From an uncultured Verrucomicrobiae bacterium (GTDB lineage: Bacteria > Verrucomicrobiota > Verrucomicrobiia > Palsa-1439): a DNA stretch of 64,000 bases. The position numbers and the translations under genes were made by a program. This document shows, one piece after another, positions 1 through 10,214 of this stretch (the stretch's first letter is position 1; every line of letters begins with the position of its first letter). The stretch lies in NCBI GenBank assembly GCA_963812605.1, contig CAWEWF010000008.1, positions 128,001 through 192,000 of the forward strand. The letters run 5' to 3'. The notes beneath the pieces were generated by a model, which searched no databases, was not told the origin of the DNA, and worked only from the letters and a program-made list of their open reading frames with translations.

Positions 1-1883
1 TGCCGCGTATAGTGACATCGCGCGCGCGCTCGAAGAAAATCTCGATGTTCAGGCCGTTAAAAGTTTTGAGGATCAGATACAATCTTTCCTGGAAGAAGGT
101 TTTAAACAACTCGGCATTCGCAAGGACGACGTTCTTTTTTGCCACCGCGGGAGATAATGCCCTGCTTATTTTTGATGATGCGGCTGTTATGCACAAACTC
201 GCAAAATTTGTGCAGGAGGCTACGCTCGAACATAACCGCCACAAGTCTGTCGAATCTGCCAAACGGTGGTTCCGCATGGGGGCGGCCACCGGTCCTGTTT
301 TAGTCATTGCCGAGGAACGGCGCATCGTAGGCACAACCGTCGCAAGGGCCGTTCGACTGGAAGCGGGGGCGGAAAAGGGCGAGCTTTTAATTGACGCAGA
401 AACCTTTAATGCCCTGCCAAAAGAACTGAAAGCATATTACGGCGATGAAGAAACCATCGCTGGCAAGCGTGACGAACTATTTACGGCGAGACGTTGCGCC
501 TTTATATCTCCGGTTGACCGCTTGGTGAAGCCCCAAGGCAACGCAAAACAGAACGATCCGGACAAGAATTCTAAGAATAAAAATTCTGGAAGATCGTCGG
601 TTGTTACGTCTCTCGTTGCAGCTTTGGTTCTGGCTGTAGCTGTGATGAAAATGTGGCCAAGGATTGTGGGGACCGGACCGACAACTTCAGGGTCCGGTTC
701 AAATGCAAATGTAACGGTACAAGGTAATTCTCCTGCCCCACAAACGACACCACCACCCGTCCCTCCTCCACCGGAGCCCCCACCCGTGTCGGTAACCCAG
801 GCGGCCCCGCCCGCGACGGTGAGCGAGGCGACGCTCCGTGCGGCAGGCATCGATCCCTCAGCTATGCCCCCGCCCGAATCCGAACCTGTGCCCCCACCTG
901 ATGTGCCTCAACCCGCTGCCGCATCGCCGGGAGTAAACTTTGCTGGTTTTCGCGAGCAACTAGCGCCGTATGGTAGTTGGGTGCAAGTGGCGGGTGTTTC
1001 GTGCTGGCACCCAGACACGGCTTACGCACTGAATCCGGATTGGCGCCCCTACTGTGATATGGGGCAATGGGTTTACACCGACAATGGTTGGTTTTGGCAG
1101 TCAGATTACGCTTGGGGAGCAATCCCCTTCCACTATGGCCGGTGGTATAGAGATGTCAATCATGGCTGGCTCTGGGTGCCGGATTATACCTGGGGCCCGG
1201 CCTGGGTTTGCTGGCGTCATGCCGAAGGTTATTACGGTTGGGCGCCTTTGCCGCCGGGCGCGTCCTTTGATGGAGTCGCATGGGTCTTCAACGGTCGTCG
1301 TATTGCCGTTGGTGTCGATTTCGGGTTTGGCCTGGGTGAAGGCTATTTCACATTTGTTGGTTACGACCATTTCCGAGAGCATTTCTATGGCTATCAGGGG
1401 AGAGACTATTACCGCTTCGTGTTGCCTCGGGAGCGGTTGCATGAGATTTATCAAATCAGCAAGATTGAGAATCATTACCGAATGGAAAATGGGCGGTTCT
1501 TGAATGACGGACCACGTAAACACATCGAACTTGTTGATGGTGGAGCCATAAAACCGGTTCGTGTAAACGACCGGAAAATAGTCACGCCTGGGAGGGAGAC
1601 GGTCAAGCCAAGGGAGTTGGTTCGCCAGCAGGAAGAGCAACAGAAGGAAGTGCGCAACCAGCGGCAGGTTGAGGAAGACAACGCTCGCAAACAGCCGCCT
1701 CAGGAACCGAAAATTCGCCCGCCAGAAGTGCAGCCCAGGGCTCAACACGGCGCGTTTCAGGTCTCTGGAAGTGGCTCAATGGCGAAGGCGACCAGCGACC
1801 GTGGCGCGGCCAGCCGTGCCAGTGCCGCGAATCCCGTGGCAGTCGAGCGCAAGGACCAGAAAGACGGTAGGCCGAGTCCGTAG
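1..1883 (+). CDS. Class III nucleotide-cyclase-like domain + TM helix + Pro-rich linker + DUF6600-like domain (5' end outside window; frameshift near 140)
   Basis: Frame +2 from base 2 reads AAYSDIARALEENLDVQAVKSFEDQIQSF and joins ORF 12..1883 across the T-run at 135-140. Cyclase-like motifs TAGDNA, FRMGAATG and GTTVARAVRLE; hydrophobic VVTSLVAALVLAVAVM; Trp-rich LAPYGSW..WRPY..WGAIPFHYGRW..WGPAWV typical of DUF6600. Confidence 0.7.
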   Translation, partial: PRIVTSRARSKKISMFRPLKVLRIRYNLSWKKVLNNSAFARTTFFFATAGDNALLIFDDAAVMHKLAKFVQEATLEHNRHKSVESAKRWFRMGAATGPVLVIAEERRIVGTTVARAVRLEAGAEKGELLIDAETFNALPKELKAYYGDEETIAGKRDELFTARRCAFISPVDRLVKPQGNAKQNDPDKNSKNKNSGRSSVVTSLVAALVLAVAVMKMWPRIVGTGPTTSGSGSNANVTVQGNSPAPQTTPPPVPPPPEPPPVSVTQAAPPATVSEATLRAAGIDPSAMPPPESEPVPPPDVPQPAAASPGVNFAGFREQLAPYGSWVQVAGVSCWHPDTAYALNPDWRPYCDMGQWVYTDNGWFWQSDYAWGAIPFHYGRWYRDVNHGWLWVPDYTWGPAWVCWRHAEGYYGWAPLPPGASFDGVAWVFNGRRIAVGVDFGFGLGEGYFTFVGYDHFREHFYGYQGRDYYRFVLPRERLHEIYQISKIENHYRMENGRFLNDGPRKHIELVDGGAIKPVRVNDRKIVTPGRETVKPRELVRQQEEQQKEVRNQRQVEEDNARKQPPQEPKIRPPEVQPRAQHGAFQVSGSGSMAKATSDRGAASRASAANPVAVERKDQKDGRPSP

Positions 1884-2006
1884 GAATGAAGCATGAACGT
1901 CTTGCCAGCCGTGGCCGTTCGACGAATCCTTTGAGCCGACAGGCTATCGCGCAACTTGAAACGCATACTCAGGGCGTTTCACATCTGAAAGGAGAGAAGA
2001 TTTAAG

Positions 2007-2957
2007 GTGAGTAGGACTACACTCATAGCGCAAGCGGTACTCATCGCTGTGTTGGTTTACATTTTGGTGGTGCCAGTTGCCCTGCAAGCAGCGGACAACG
2101 ACGAAACACCCCTTTTCGCCTCCCCGGATCAGGCTGTAACGACCTTGCGGGCGGCGGTGAAAACCCAGGACACAAACGCAATGCGGAACGTGTTCGGTCC
2201 GGCGATAAGCGAAATAGCCAACCCTGATCCCGTCGAACGCGCGCATAACCTCGCGACCTTTGCCAGGCGTCTGGCCGAATTCGTCGAATTATCCACCCAA
2301 AAGAATGGAAACGTCGTTCTCGACATCGGCAATGAGCACTGGCCGTTTCCAATCCCGCTGGTCAAGAAGGGCGACCAATGGTTCTTTGACATCCAAGCTG
2401 GTAAAGAAGAGATTCTCAACCGCCGCGTTGGCCAAAACGAATTGAGCGCTATTGAGGTTTGCCACACCTACGTTCAAGCGCAACGCGAATACGCGATGAA
2501 AGACCGCGCCGGCAACGGGATAATAGAATACGCACAGAAGATGAGAAGCACACCCGGAACAAAAGACGGGTTATACTGGGAAGCCAAGCCGGATGAGGAG
2601 CAAAGCCCGTTCGGCCCCTTGGTGGCCAGGGCGCACGAAGAAGGCTACGGCAAAAAAAAGGATGGCGCGGATACTCAGAAAACCCACAACCCGTTCCATG
2701 GCTACTTCCTCAGAATTCTGACGAAGCAAGGCGAAAGCGCCCCGGGCGGAAAGTACGATTACATCATCAACGGCCACATGGTCGCGGGCTTTGCGTTTCT
2801 CGCCCACCCCGCCCAGTGGGGTAACTCCGGGGTGATGACCTTCATCGTAAACCAGCATGGCCAGGTCTATCAGAAAAACCTCGGCGAAAAGACCACCGAG
2901 TTGGCCAATGAGATTACAGAATACAACCCCGACGAAACCTGGAAGCCGGCTGAGTAG
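2007..2957 (+). CDS. DUF2950 family periplasmic protein
   Basis: Signal peptide; motifs WPFPIPLVK, EEILNRRVGQNEL, DGLYW, PFHGYFLRIL, PAQWGNSGVMTFIVNQHGQVYQKNLG, YNPDETW. Confidence 0.9.
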   Translation: MSRTTLIAQAVLIAVLVYILVVPVALQAADNDETPLFASPDQAVTTLRAAVKTQDTNAMRNVFGPAISEIANPDPVERAHNLATFARRLAEFVELSTQKNGNVVLDIGNEHWPFPIPLVKKGDQWFFDIQAGKEEILNRRVGQNELSAIEVCHTYVQAQREYAMKDRAGNGIIEYAQKMRSTPGTKDGLYWEAKPDEEQSPFGPLVARAHEEGYGKKKDGADTQKTHNPFHGYFLRILTKQGESAPGGKYDYIINGHMVAGFAFLAHPAQWGNSGVMTFIVNQHGQVYQKNLGEKTTELANEITEYNPDETWKPAE

Positions 2958-3067
2958 CGAGCATATTGCAGTTCTGGATTCCAGATCGTGGATTTCAATC
3001 GCCGCAGAATCGCCGTGAATTCCCGGATTTTTCCGCACTTCCGGACCAAACGGATGGAAACCACAGA

Positions 3068-3116
3068 TGGCCTCCGGAGCCAAAGGTTGTGGGATCAAAT
3101 CCCGCCGGGCGTACCA
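3068..3116 (+). mobile_element. Degenerate 3' half of tRNA-Arg(CCG); probable att site of an integrated element
   Basis: TGGC-CTCCGGA-GCCA anticodon arm (CCG); T-arm GTGGG-ATCAAAT-CCCGC with a decayed TTCGAAT loop; 3' acceptor strand CGGGCGT-ACCA. No D-arm or 5' acceptor strand upstream. Confidence 0.75.
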
Positions 3117-3304
3117 ATTTCATGCCGCTGTAGGGCAGTATTTTCAAGGCGTATACAGCATCCCGCCAAGACGAGGTTTTTTCCTCCAACAAGGACATCA
3201 CCCGAAGCACTCACCCCAGCTCTTTTAGACAACCAAGAAATTACGATTACATCGAAGAAATAGCCCCGCAACGAATGAGAAAAATCAGAAGCGTGGCTTG
3301 GAGA

Positions 3305-6300
3305 CTACTGTGGGGAGGAGAGCTTGATGGTGACCTTCTCGCCGGCGGCGTCCGTGCCTTTCAACGAAAGGCGCGTGGCGCTGAAAGTGCCGGAGAAGTT
3401 GATCGGCTGGTTGTCGATGGTGATGTACCCGAACACCTTGCTGCGGGAGGTCACCAGCAATTGTCCCACCACCATGTCCGGAGCGTCGCTGGTCGCGATG
3501 TCGAAGACGGCGGCATCGTCGGCATTGGTGGTAATCCGGTAGATCATCTGCGTCGCGGTCTTGACCACCGTCACCGCTCCTGACCAGGTACCGCTAATAT
3601 CCGGAAACGTCGTCATCGGGATGCCCTTCCAGTGGAAGGGGCCAAAGCCATTGGTCGGTACTGTCCCGCTGAGACTCTTAAGGCTCTTTACTGTCGCCAA
3701 CAACATACTATTCCAGTTCGTCACGCCGTCGGTCTGCTCGACGAACTGTCCGGTCACTTGCCCCGCGGCATTCGTGCTCCACTGACCCGAAACCTCATCG
3801 AGCCCAAAGGTCTTGAGGCGAATCCCATAGCCGCTGGCGCTGAAGTCATCCCCGAAGCTCAGGAATTGGGCGCCTTTGTCGAACCCACTGATCGTGACTT
3901 CCCAATCGCCCAATGGCGAGTTCTTGGCGCCGACAGTGATCATGACCGCCGTGGAGGTGTTGGTCGCCCCGAAGGTGTCGGTGGCGCGCGCTGTGAGCGT
4001 ATGAGTGGCGAGTGTGGAACTGACCATGAAGTTTGTTGTCCCTGGGCTGGATGTGGTCTCCCCGATCTTCGTGCCGTCCCCAAAGAACTCGATCTTGCTG
4101 ATGGCCCCGCCGTCGTTGGCCGTGGCGCTGGCGACAACGGTGATCGAGTTTGTCTGCGGATACAACATGCCGTTGGCTGGACGGAGGATGGTCACTGTTG
4201 GTGGCGTGTTGGTCACGGTAATCAGGTTGGAACGGCTCAAGGTATTGGAACCACCGGGACCGGATACCGTCAGCGTGACCGAATAGACGCCGGCGGTGGA
4301 ATACGTGTGGCTCGGGCTGCTGGACAAGCTGGTGGCATTGTCGCCAAAGGTCCACTCATGGTCGGTGATCGTGCCGGTCGAGGCGTCAAGGAAGTTGACC
4401 AACAGCGGTGTGGCGCCATTTGTCGGACTGGCGGTGAACTCCGCCACCGGTTGGGGCGGTAGCAGAATGGTGCCGGTGTTGTTGGTGGTGGAGTTGAAAT
4501 GGACGATGCCATTGGCGGCATCAATGGTGCCGCTGTTGACCAACGGTCCGTTGAAATCCAGGATCGCACCCGGGGCCGCGATGATGGTGGCGGTGTTGGT
4601 GATAACGCCGTTGAAGCTCAATGTGCCGCAATCATTCGTGATCGTTCCCAGGTTGACCACCGTACCATTGATCGTGCCGCAGCCGGTGAGCAGGGCGTTG
4701 GTATTCACCGTCAACCCGGCATCGAAGGCATGGGTCCCGCCCAGCAGCGTCATGGTGGCCGAATCGATGCCGATCCCGATCACGAAGGTCTGGCCATTAG
4801 CGTTGGTCGTCGCGCTGGCCACCAGTCGCCCCTGGCCGAAAACGAAATCGACCGGCGGGCTTGATGGTGAGATTGGCGATCAAGGTGCCGCCCTGAATCG
4901 ACAGCGTGCCCGCACTGCTGTTGCTGACCACCATCTGGGAGGCCGTCACCGTGCCGTTGGACAAGACCATCTGCCCGACGCCCAGGTTGCCGATGAGGGT
5001 GGGCAGGTCGCTCAGCACCATTGCGCCGCCGGCGATCCAGACCTGGCCGGTGGAGTTCGGAAGTTGACCAATGACCAACAGAGTGGAGACGTTCATCTGG
5101 CCCCCGGAAATCGTCAAGGTGCCGGTGTCATCGTCGCCGACATACACAATCATCGCAGTCCGCGGTTCCGTTGTTGGCAACGGTGACCGCACCCGTGTGG
5201 GCGTTGCCACAGTCCAGGGTGCCGTTGAAAATATCCAACTCTCCCCCCTGGATCGTCACGTCGTTGGGCACCAGCAAGGCGTTGGAACCGATCAGGCTGA
5301 CCAGCCCGTTGCTCAGGATGGTCAGGTCACCATGACCTCCCGCGCTGCTGCCCAAGAGGATCGTGCTGGCCAGCACTGTGGCGTTGGAGACCATCATATG
5401 ACCCACGCCCACGCCATTGGTGCTGGTGCCGTCATTGCCGATGCCGATGACGCCATTGGTCGCATTCAGTTGGCCGCCGACCACTTGCAACACGCCCGTC
5501 GTGCCAAGACCAGCGGCAAGTTGCAAGTTCGTACCGATATTCAGGGTTCCGCCGGTTATATGGATGAATGCTTGGGTGTTCGTTGCAAAAATCGAGCTGC
5601 CGTTGAGTTGTGACAGGATTGTTAATGTTCCACCAGCGACGGTGACAGTTCCTTGACTCTGAAGGTTAGTGGAGATTTGAAGAAAGCTGCACGTTACCGA
5701 ACCCCCGGCGATGGTCAGCGTGCCTGCCGAGCCGGGGTTGCCTCCGTTGCCTCCCAACACTATATTATCGGCCAGCACGCTGCCGTTGGACACGGTCATT
5801 TGGCCGGGGCCTAGAAGCCCTATGTAGACTTCCAGGCCTACGTTGTTGTTGGTGATCGTGAGTTGCCCCCCGGTCACCCACACGGCACCTGTCCCATTCG
5901 GTTCCCCACCTACTGCGAGACCTGATAGAAGTGAGGTCGTTCCCCCATCAATGGTCAGTGTACCTGTTGAGCCAGCCTCGCCTCCCACACCTATGAGGTT
6001 GGCAAGCACGCTGCCATTGGATACCGTCATTTGACCGATACCTTCAAAGCCCAAGGAGATCTCACTTTTCACGTCGTTGGTGCACGTGAGTTGTCCGCCG
6101 GTCACCCACACGGCACCTGTCGTATTGGCAAATTCACCAACGTCGAGAGTGGTGATGAGAATGAGTTCGTTCCCCCTGCAATGGTCAGCGTGCCATCCAC
6201 AACCGCCTGCTCAACGTTCTGCAGTGTGCCATTGGAAACTACGACCCCGCCCCCGGCATTAATCGCAAAAAAACCGCCCGCCAAACCAGTCACGAGCAGG

Positions 6301-7358
6301 GCCGAGTTGGTCACCACCAGCAAACCGTTGGAGTTGACGGTCAAGCCGTTTAGAATATCCAATGGTGTAGCCAACCCCGCGCCGCTCAAGAGCAGCGTGT
6401 TGGTCGAACCTGATGGGGCCGACAATGTCAGGTTACTGATCGTCATCGTGCTGGGGAAATTGCTTGATGTGACGGCGTCGATCGTGACGGTCTTGGAGGC
6501 CGCGTTGGTAATGTAAATGCCGACCTGCGTTGAATCCGGCGGCACACCGAGCGACCAGTTCACACCCTGTTCCCACTTGCCGCTCGATGGACTGATGTAG
6601 CTGTTACCGGGTGGCACCACAATGAGGTTCACTTGTGTATTCGTGGCCGAACCCGCTGGACCGCTCACGATGAGGGTCACGGTAAATGTTCCGGCTTCCT
6701 GATAGAAATGATCTGGGAATTCATCCTGCCCGTTCGTGCTTGTGCCGTCCCCGAAATCCCAGAAAATATTGGTGATGCTTCCACTTGTGGAGCCGTCAAA
6801 GAACACCTCCAGCGGCGCAGCGCCATTCGTGGGAGACGCACTAAAACTGGCAACGGGAGGGACAAGGCTTGTCGTGATGAGGTTCGCTTGTGTGTTCGTG
6901 GCCGAGCCCGCTGGACCGCTGACTATGAGGGTCACAGTAAATGTTCCTGCTCCTTGATAGGTATGTTCTACGGAGAAATCATCCTCGCTGAAGGTTGTGC
7001 CATCTCCGAAATCCCAGAAATGGTTGCTGATGCTCCCACTTGAGAAATCGTTAAAAAACACCAGCAGTGGCGCAGGGCCATTCGTGGGGCTCGCCGTGTA
7101 ATTGGCTGACACTTGTCCGTGGGCGCTCAGGGTCATTACCAGCAGCAGAAAGGCAACGAGCCAGAGGATTCGTTGGAATCGCGCGCCCGCTTTTCGCCAA
7201 GCGGCTATGCTCTGGGCAAAAAAGCAGCCAGATGGCCTGGGCCCGGGTTGGAAAATACCTCGTTCCAAGTTACGCCATTCCTCTCGCCCTATACTACGAA
7301 CCAGCCGGCGTCGCGGATGCACTGCGGCTTGCTTCTCCAAGCGCGGCCAATTAACCAA
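3305..7358 (-). CDS. Large secreted protein: 2x PKD + Gly/Thr/Asn-rich beta-solenoid repeats + PKD + Ig-like + unknown C-terminal domain (frameshifted, start uncertain)
   Basis: ORFs 6102..7358, 5128..6111, 4797..5210 and 3305..4822 are colinear pieces of one protein. PKD motifs ASPTNG.APL..WDFGDG..HTY..AGTFTVTL occur three times; repeated GTLTI.GG/G.MTVSNG units; signal-like LWLVAFLLLVMTLSAHG. Confidence 0.75.
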
Positions 7359-7464
7359 AGGCGGGGATGGCTGTCGAGAAGAAATTGCGCTTCGCAGCGC
7401 GTCCTTCGCGAACTCACAAACGGTGGGACAGGCTTCTTGTGCCTGTCAAAAATCTATACACAGG

Positions 7465-7482
7465 CCCCGAAAGCTTTCGGGG
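7465..7482. terminator. Perfect 18-bp palindrome CCCCGAAAGCTTTCGGGG; possible terminator hairpin
   Basis: Self-complementary; lies about 75 bp downstream of the stop of 7557..9503(-). No clear U-tract. Confidence 0.4.
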
Positions 7483-7556
7483 TGCCACCACTTCTTCTAT
7501 TTATTGCAAGAGCTTGATGCAGACCGTCTCGGGGGTGGCAGACTTGCCCTTGAGGG

Positions 7557-9503
7557 TCATTGCGTAACAACGCCGACGTGATAGTAGCGTGATGGGTGGT
7601 TCGTCGCGCCGCCGGAATCCGTGACGGTCAGGGTCCCGCCCGTCCCGGTCACGTTCGTCAACGTCATCCACGGGCCGGTCGCGTTGAAGGACTTGTTGGT
7701 TTCGTACTCGACGGTGTACGGGCCGTTGGTGCACGTGGTGAAGGTGACGTGGATATCCGTGACGACCTTCTGGATGGCCGTGATCGTCGGGACGCAGTTG
7801 CTGGTCAGGACGACCCCGCTGCCCGCCAGCGTGGAATTGAAGATCACGCCGCCACTGAGCGCGTCGATCACCCCATCATTGACTACCGCGCCATCGAACT
7901 GCAGCACATTGCCGTCGAGCGCCAGCATCGTCCCATTGTTGGTGACGATGCCGGTGAAGGTCAGCGTGCCGCAAGAGACGACGACAACGCCGCCGGTATC
8001 GTTCACCGCGTTGCCTTCGATGGTGCCGCAGCCGGAGAGGGTGCCATTGTTGGCAAGCTCCAGGTTGTTGGCGAAGGAATGCACGCCACCGTCGAGCAGG
8101 AACGTAGCGGCATCGGTGCCATCGCCGACAAGGAAGAGCTGGTTGTTGGACACCACCGTGTAGCCGCTGCTGAGCGTGCCACCGGGAAAGGCGAACTGAC
8201 TGTCGTCGCCATTGGTCAAGACCAGGCCGCCGGCGTTCACCATGCCGTTGGAGATGGTGAGCTGACCAATCGTGTTGCTGCCCATGCTGACGATGGGGGA
8301 ACAACCGTTGCTGTCGATGATGCCGGGATCCCCGATTATACCATCTGGGATCACCGCCGACGGACAGAGGGAGCACGTACCGGCGTTAATGATTATATTG
8401 GCTGCGGGAACGTTCAGGGTCCCGCCCTTCACGTACACCCAGCCACTGCCACCGTTCTCGCCGATAACCAGCTTGGAAAACGTCGCGGTGCTGCCGGTGG
8501 CCAGGGTGAGTGTGCCGACACCGTAGTCGCCGACGATGGTGGTGAGAACGTTGGCTATCAACTTGCCGCCAGTCATCGGCACCGTGCCTCTGCCGCTCGA
8601 CAGGGTCCCGCCGATGATCAGCGACGAAGAGACGGTCATCTGGCCCGCGGATATGTTCACCGTGCCATAGTTATTGACCCCGACATATAAGGTCTGACAG
8701 GAAAGCGTGCCACCGGAAATGTTTATGGTGTCCGTGCCCCCCTGCCCGACTGGGAAGACACCGTTCTCACTAATCAGCTGGCCACCGGGGATAGTCACGG
8801 TCCCGGTGTCGGCCACCAGCATGGCGTTGGAGCCGACCAAGTGGACCAGCCCGTTGGTCAGGATGTTCAACGTTGCCTGGCCGCCGACGCAACTGCCCAG
8901 CAGCATCGTGTTGGCCAGCACCGTGGCGTTGGAGACGGTCATGGTCCCCACGCCTAACCCGTTGGTGATCGTGCCGTCGTTGCCGATGCTGATGATGCCG
9001 TTCGTGGCGACCAGTTGGCCGCCGGTGACGTTGACGGTGCCCGTGGAATTGTCGGAGACGGCGACCAGCAGATTGGAGGACAACTGCGTGGTGCCGCTGG
9101 CGGAAGTCAGCGTGCCCTGGTCAATCTCCACCGGACCCGTGATGTTGAAGGTGCCGCCATCGTTGAGAAGGCTGGCGCCGTTGGTGAGGAAAAATTGATT
9201 GAGGATATTAAACGACACGGTGCCGACATTGGTGAGTTGCAGCGTGTTGGCGCCGAGGATGAGACTCTTGATGATCATGGAAGACGGGAAACTGCCCGCG
9301 GTGGTAGAATCGATGGTGATCGTAATGCGGTTCGTACCGGTGATGACGTCGGCGATGTCGTTGGTGGACGGGGCGACACTTCGCGACCAACTGTTGCTGG
9401 TTTCCCATTTGCCATTGCCGTCGATGTAATTGTTGGTCTGCGCTTGGGTGGAGGTGATGAGCGCAAGGCCGAGCGCGATGCTGGCGAGTAGTTTGCTTTT
9501 CAT
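7557..9503 (-). CDS. Secreted beta-solenoid repeat protein with a verrucomicrobial-type C-terminal Ig-like domain
   Basis: Signal peptide MKSKLLASIALGLALITSTQA from ATG 9503; repeats homologous to the neighbouring gene; C-terminus PTITAI..VTFTT..YTVEY..W..LTNVTGTGG..VTD..RYYHV. Confidence 0.8.
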   Translation of the reverse strand: MKSKLLASIALGLALITSTQAQTNNYIDGNGKWETSNSWSRSVAPSTNDIADVITGTNRITITIDSTTAGSFPSSMIIKSLILGANTLQLTNVGTVSFNILNQFFLTNGASLLNDGGTFNITGPVEIDQGTLTSASGTTQLSSNLLVAVSDNSTGTVNVTGGQLVATNGIISIGNDGTITNGLGVGTMTVSNATVLANTMLLGSCVGGQATLNILTNGLVHLVGSNAMLVADTGTVTIPGGQLISENGVFPVGQGGTDTINISGGTLSCQTLYVGVNNYGTVNISAGQMTVSSSLIIGGTLSSGRGTVPMTGGKLIANVLTTIVGDYGVGTLTLATGSTATFSKLVIGENGGSGWVYVKGGTLNVPAANIIINAGTCSLCPSAVIPDGIIGDPGIIDSNGCSPIVSMGSNTIGQLTISNGMVNAGGLVLTNGDDSQFAFPGGTLSSGYTVVSNNQLFLVGDGTDAATFLLDGGVHSFANNLELANNGTLSGCGTIEGNAVNDTGGVVVVSCGTLTFTGIVTNNGTMLALDGNVLQFDGAVVNDGVIDALSGGVIFNSTLAGSGVVLTSNCVPTITAIQKVVTDIHVTFTTCTNGPYTVEYETNKSFNATGPWMTLTNVTGTGGTLTVTDSGGATNHPSRYYHVGVVTQ

Positions 9504-9751
9504 GATTGGCGTTCTTTCGCTGGCGCAGGGATCTGCGCTGGGGTGTGCAAGCAAACCAAGAGCGTTGCGTCTTGATAAACCGCCCGCCGGTGCGACCCGC
9601 GTGATCCGTTGAACTTCATTGTTCCTCCGACAGTGAAAACCGCCGCAAAGCCCGGACTCTACGCTTTCTCGGAAAAAACTATTAAAACCCCAGACCGCAT
9701 ATAAGTCAAGCTTTTCCAGACTTGGGCGGTGGTACGTTTTTGAGAATTCCA

Positions 9752-9835
9752 TGTCACCCTGAGCGAAGCGAAGGGTCTCGCTATGCTGTTGGCGAGCGCG
9801 CAAAAGAGAGATTCTTCGCTTCGCTCAGAATGACA
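9752..9835. repeat. REP-like palindromic element (TGTCACCCTGAGCGAAGCGAAGGGTCTC...GAGATTCTTCGCTTCGCTCAGAATGACA)
   Basis: About 28-bp imperfect inverted repeats around a 28-bp spacer in an intergenic region; resembles the widespread GTCATCCTGAGCGAAGCGAAGGATCT repeat family. Confidence 0.75.
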
Positions 9836-10214
9836 GAGCGAAGAAGGTTTCAGTGATTTCGAATAATGTAATGTTCAAAACGTGCCAGTACCCAGCCTTG
9901 CGTAACCAGGGGGGTTATGGAGGCACGACAACCCGCGCCTTGGAACTTCCAGGGTAGAACGGCAACTCCTGAATCGACGGCGCTCACAATGGCGCCGGTG
10001 CCGACGGCAATATTTGGTCAAGATAATCCAACGGCTATTGACCAGATTATTTCCCGCATCCCGTGTGCGACACGCTTCCAAAGCGACAATTGGAGCAAGG
10101 GACAAGGGCACGCTCCGGTACAACCGGATTTCCCGCGTAGCCGCCGCGAGGATTTGGCTTGCATCGCACCTGGGTGCAACTATGATAAATTGTTGGCGTG
10201 GAGATCGCAGCGTT

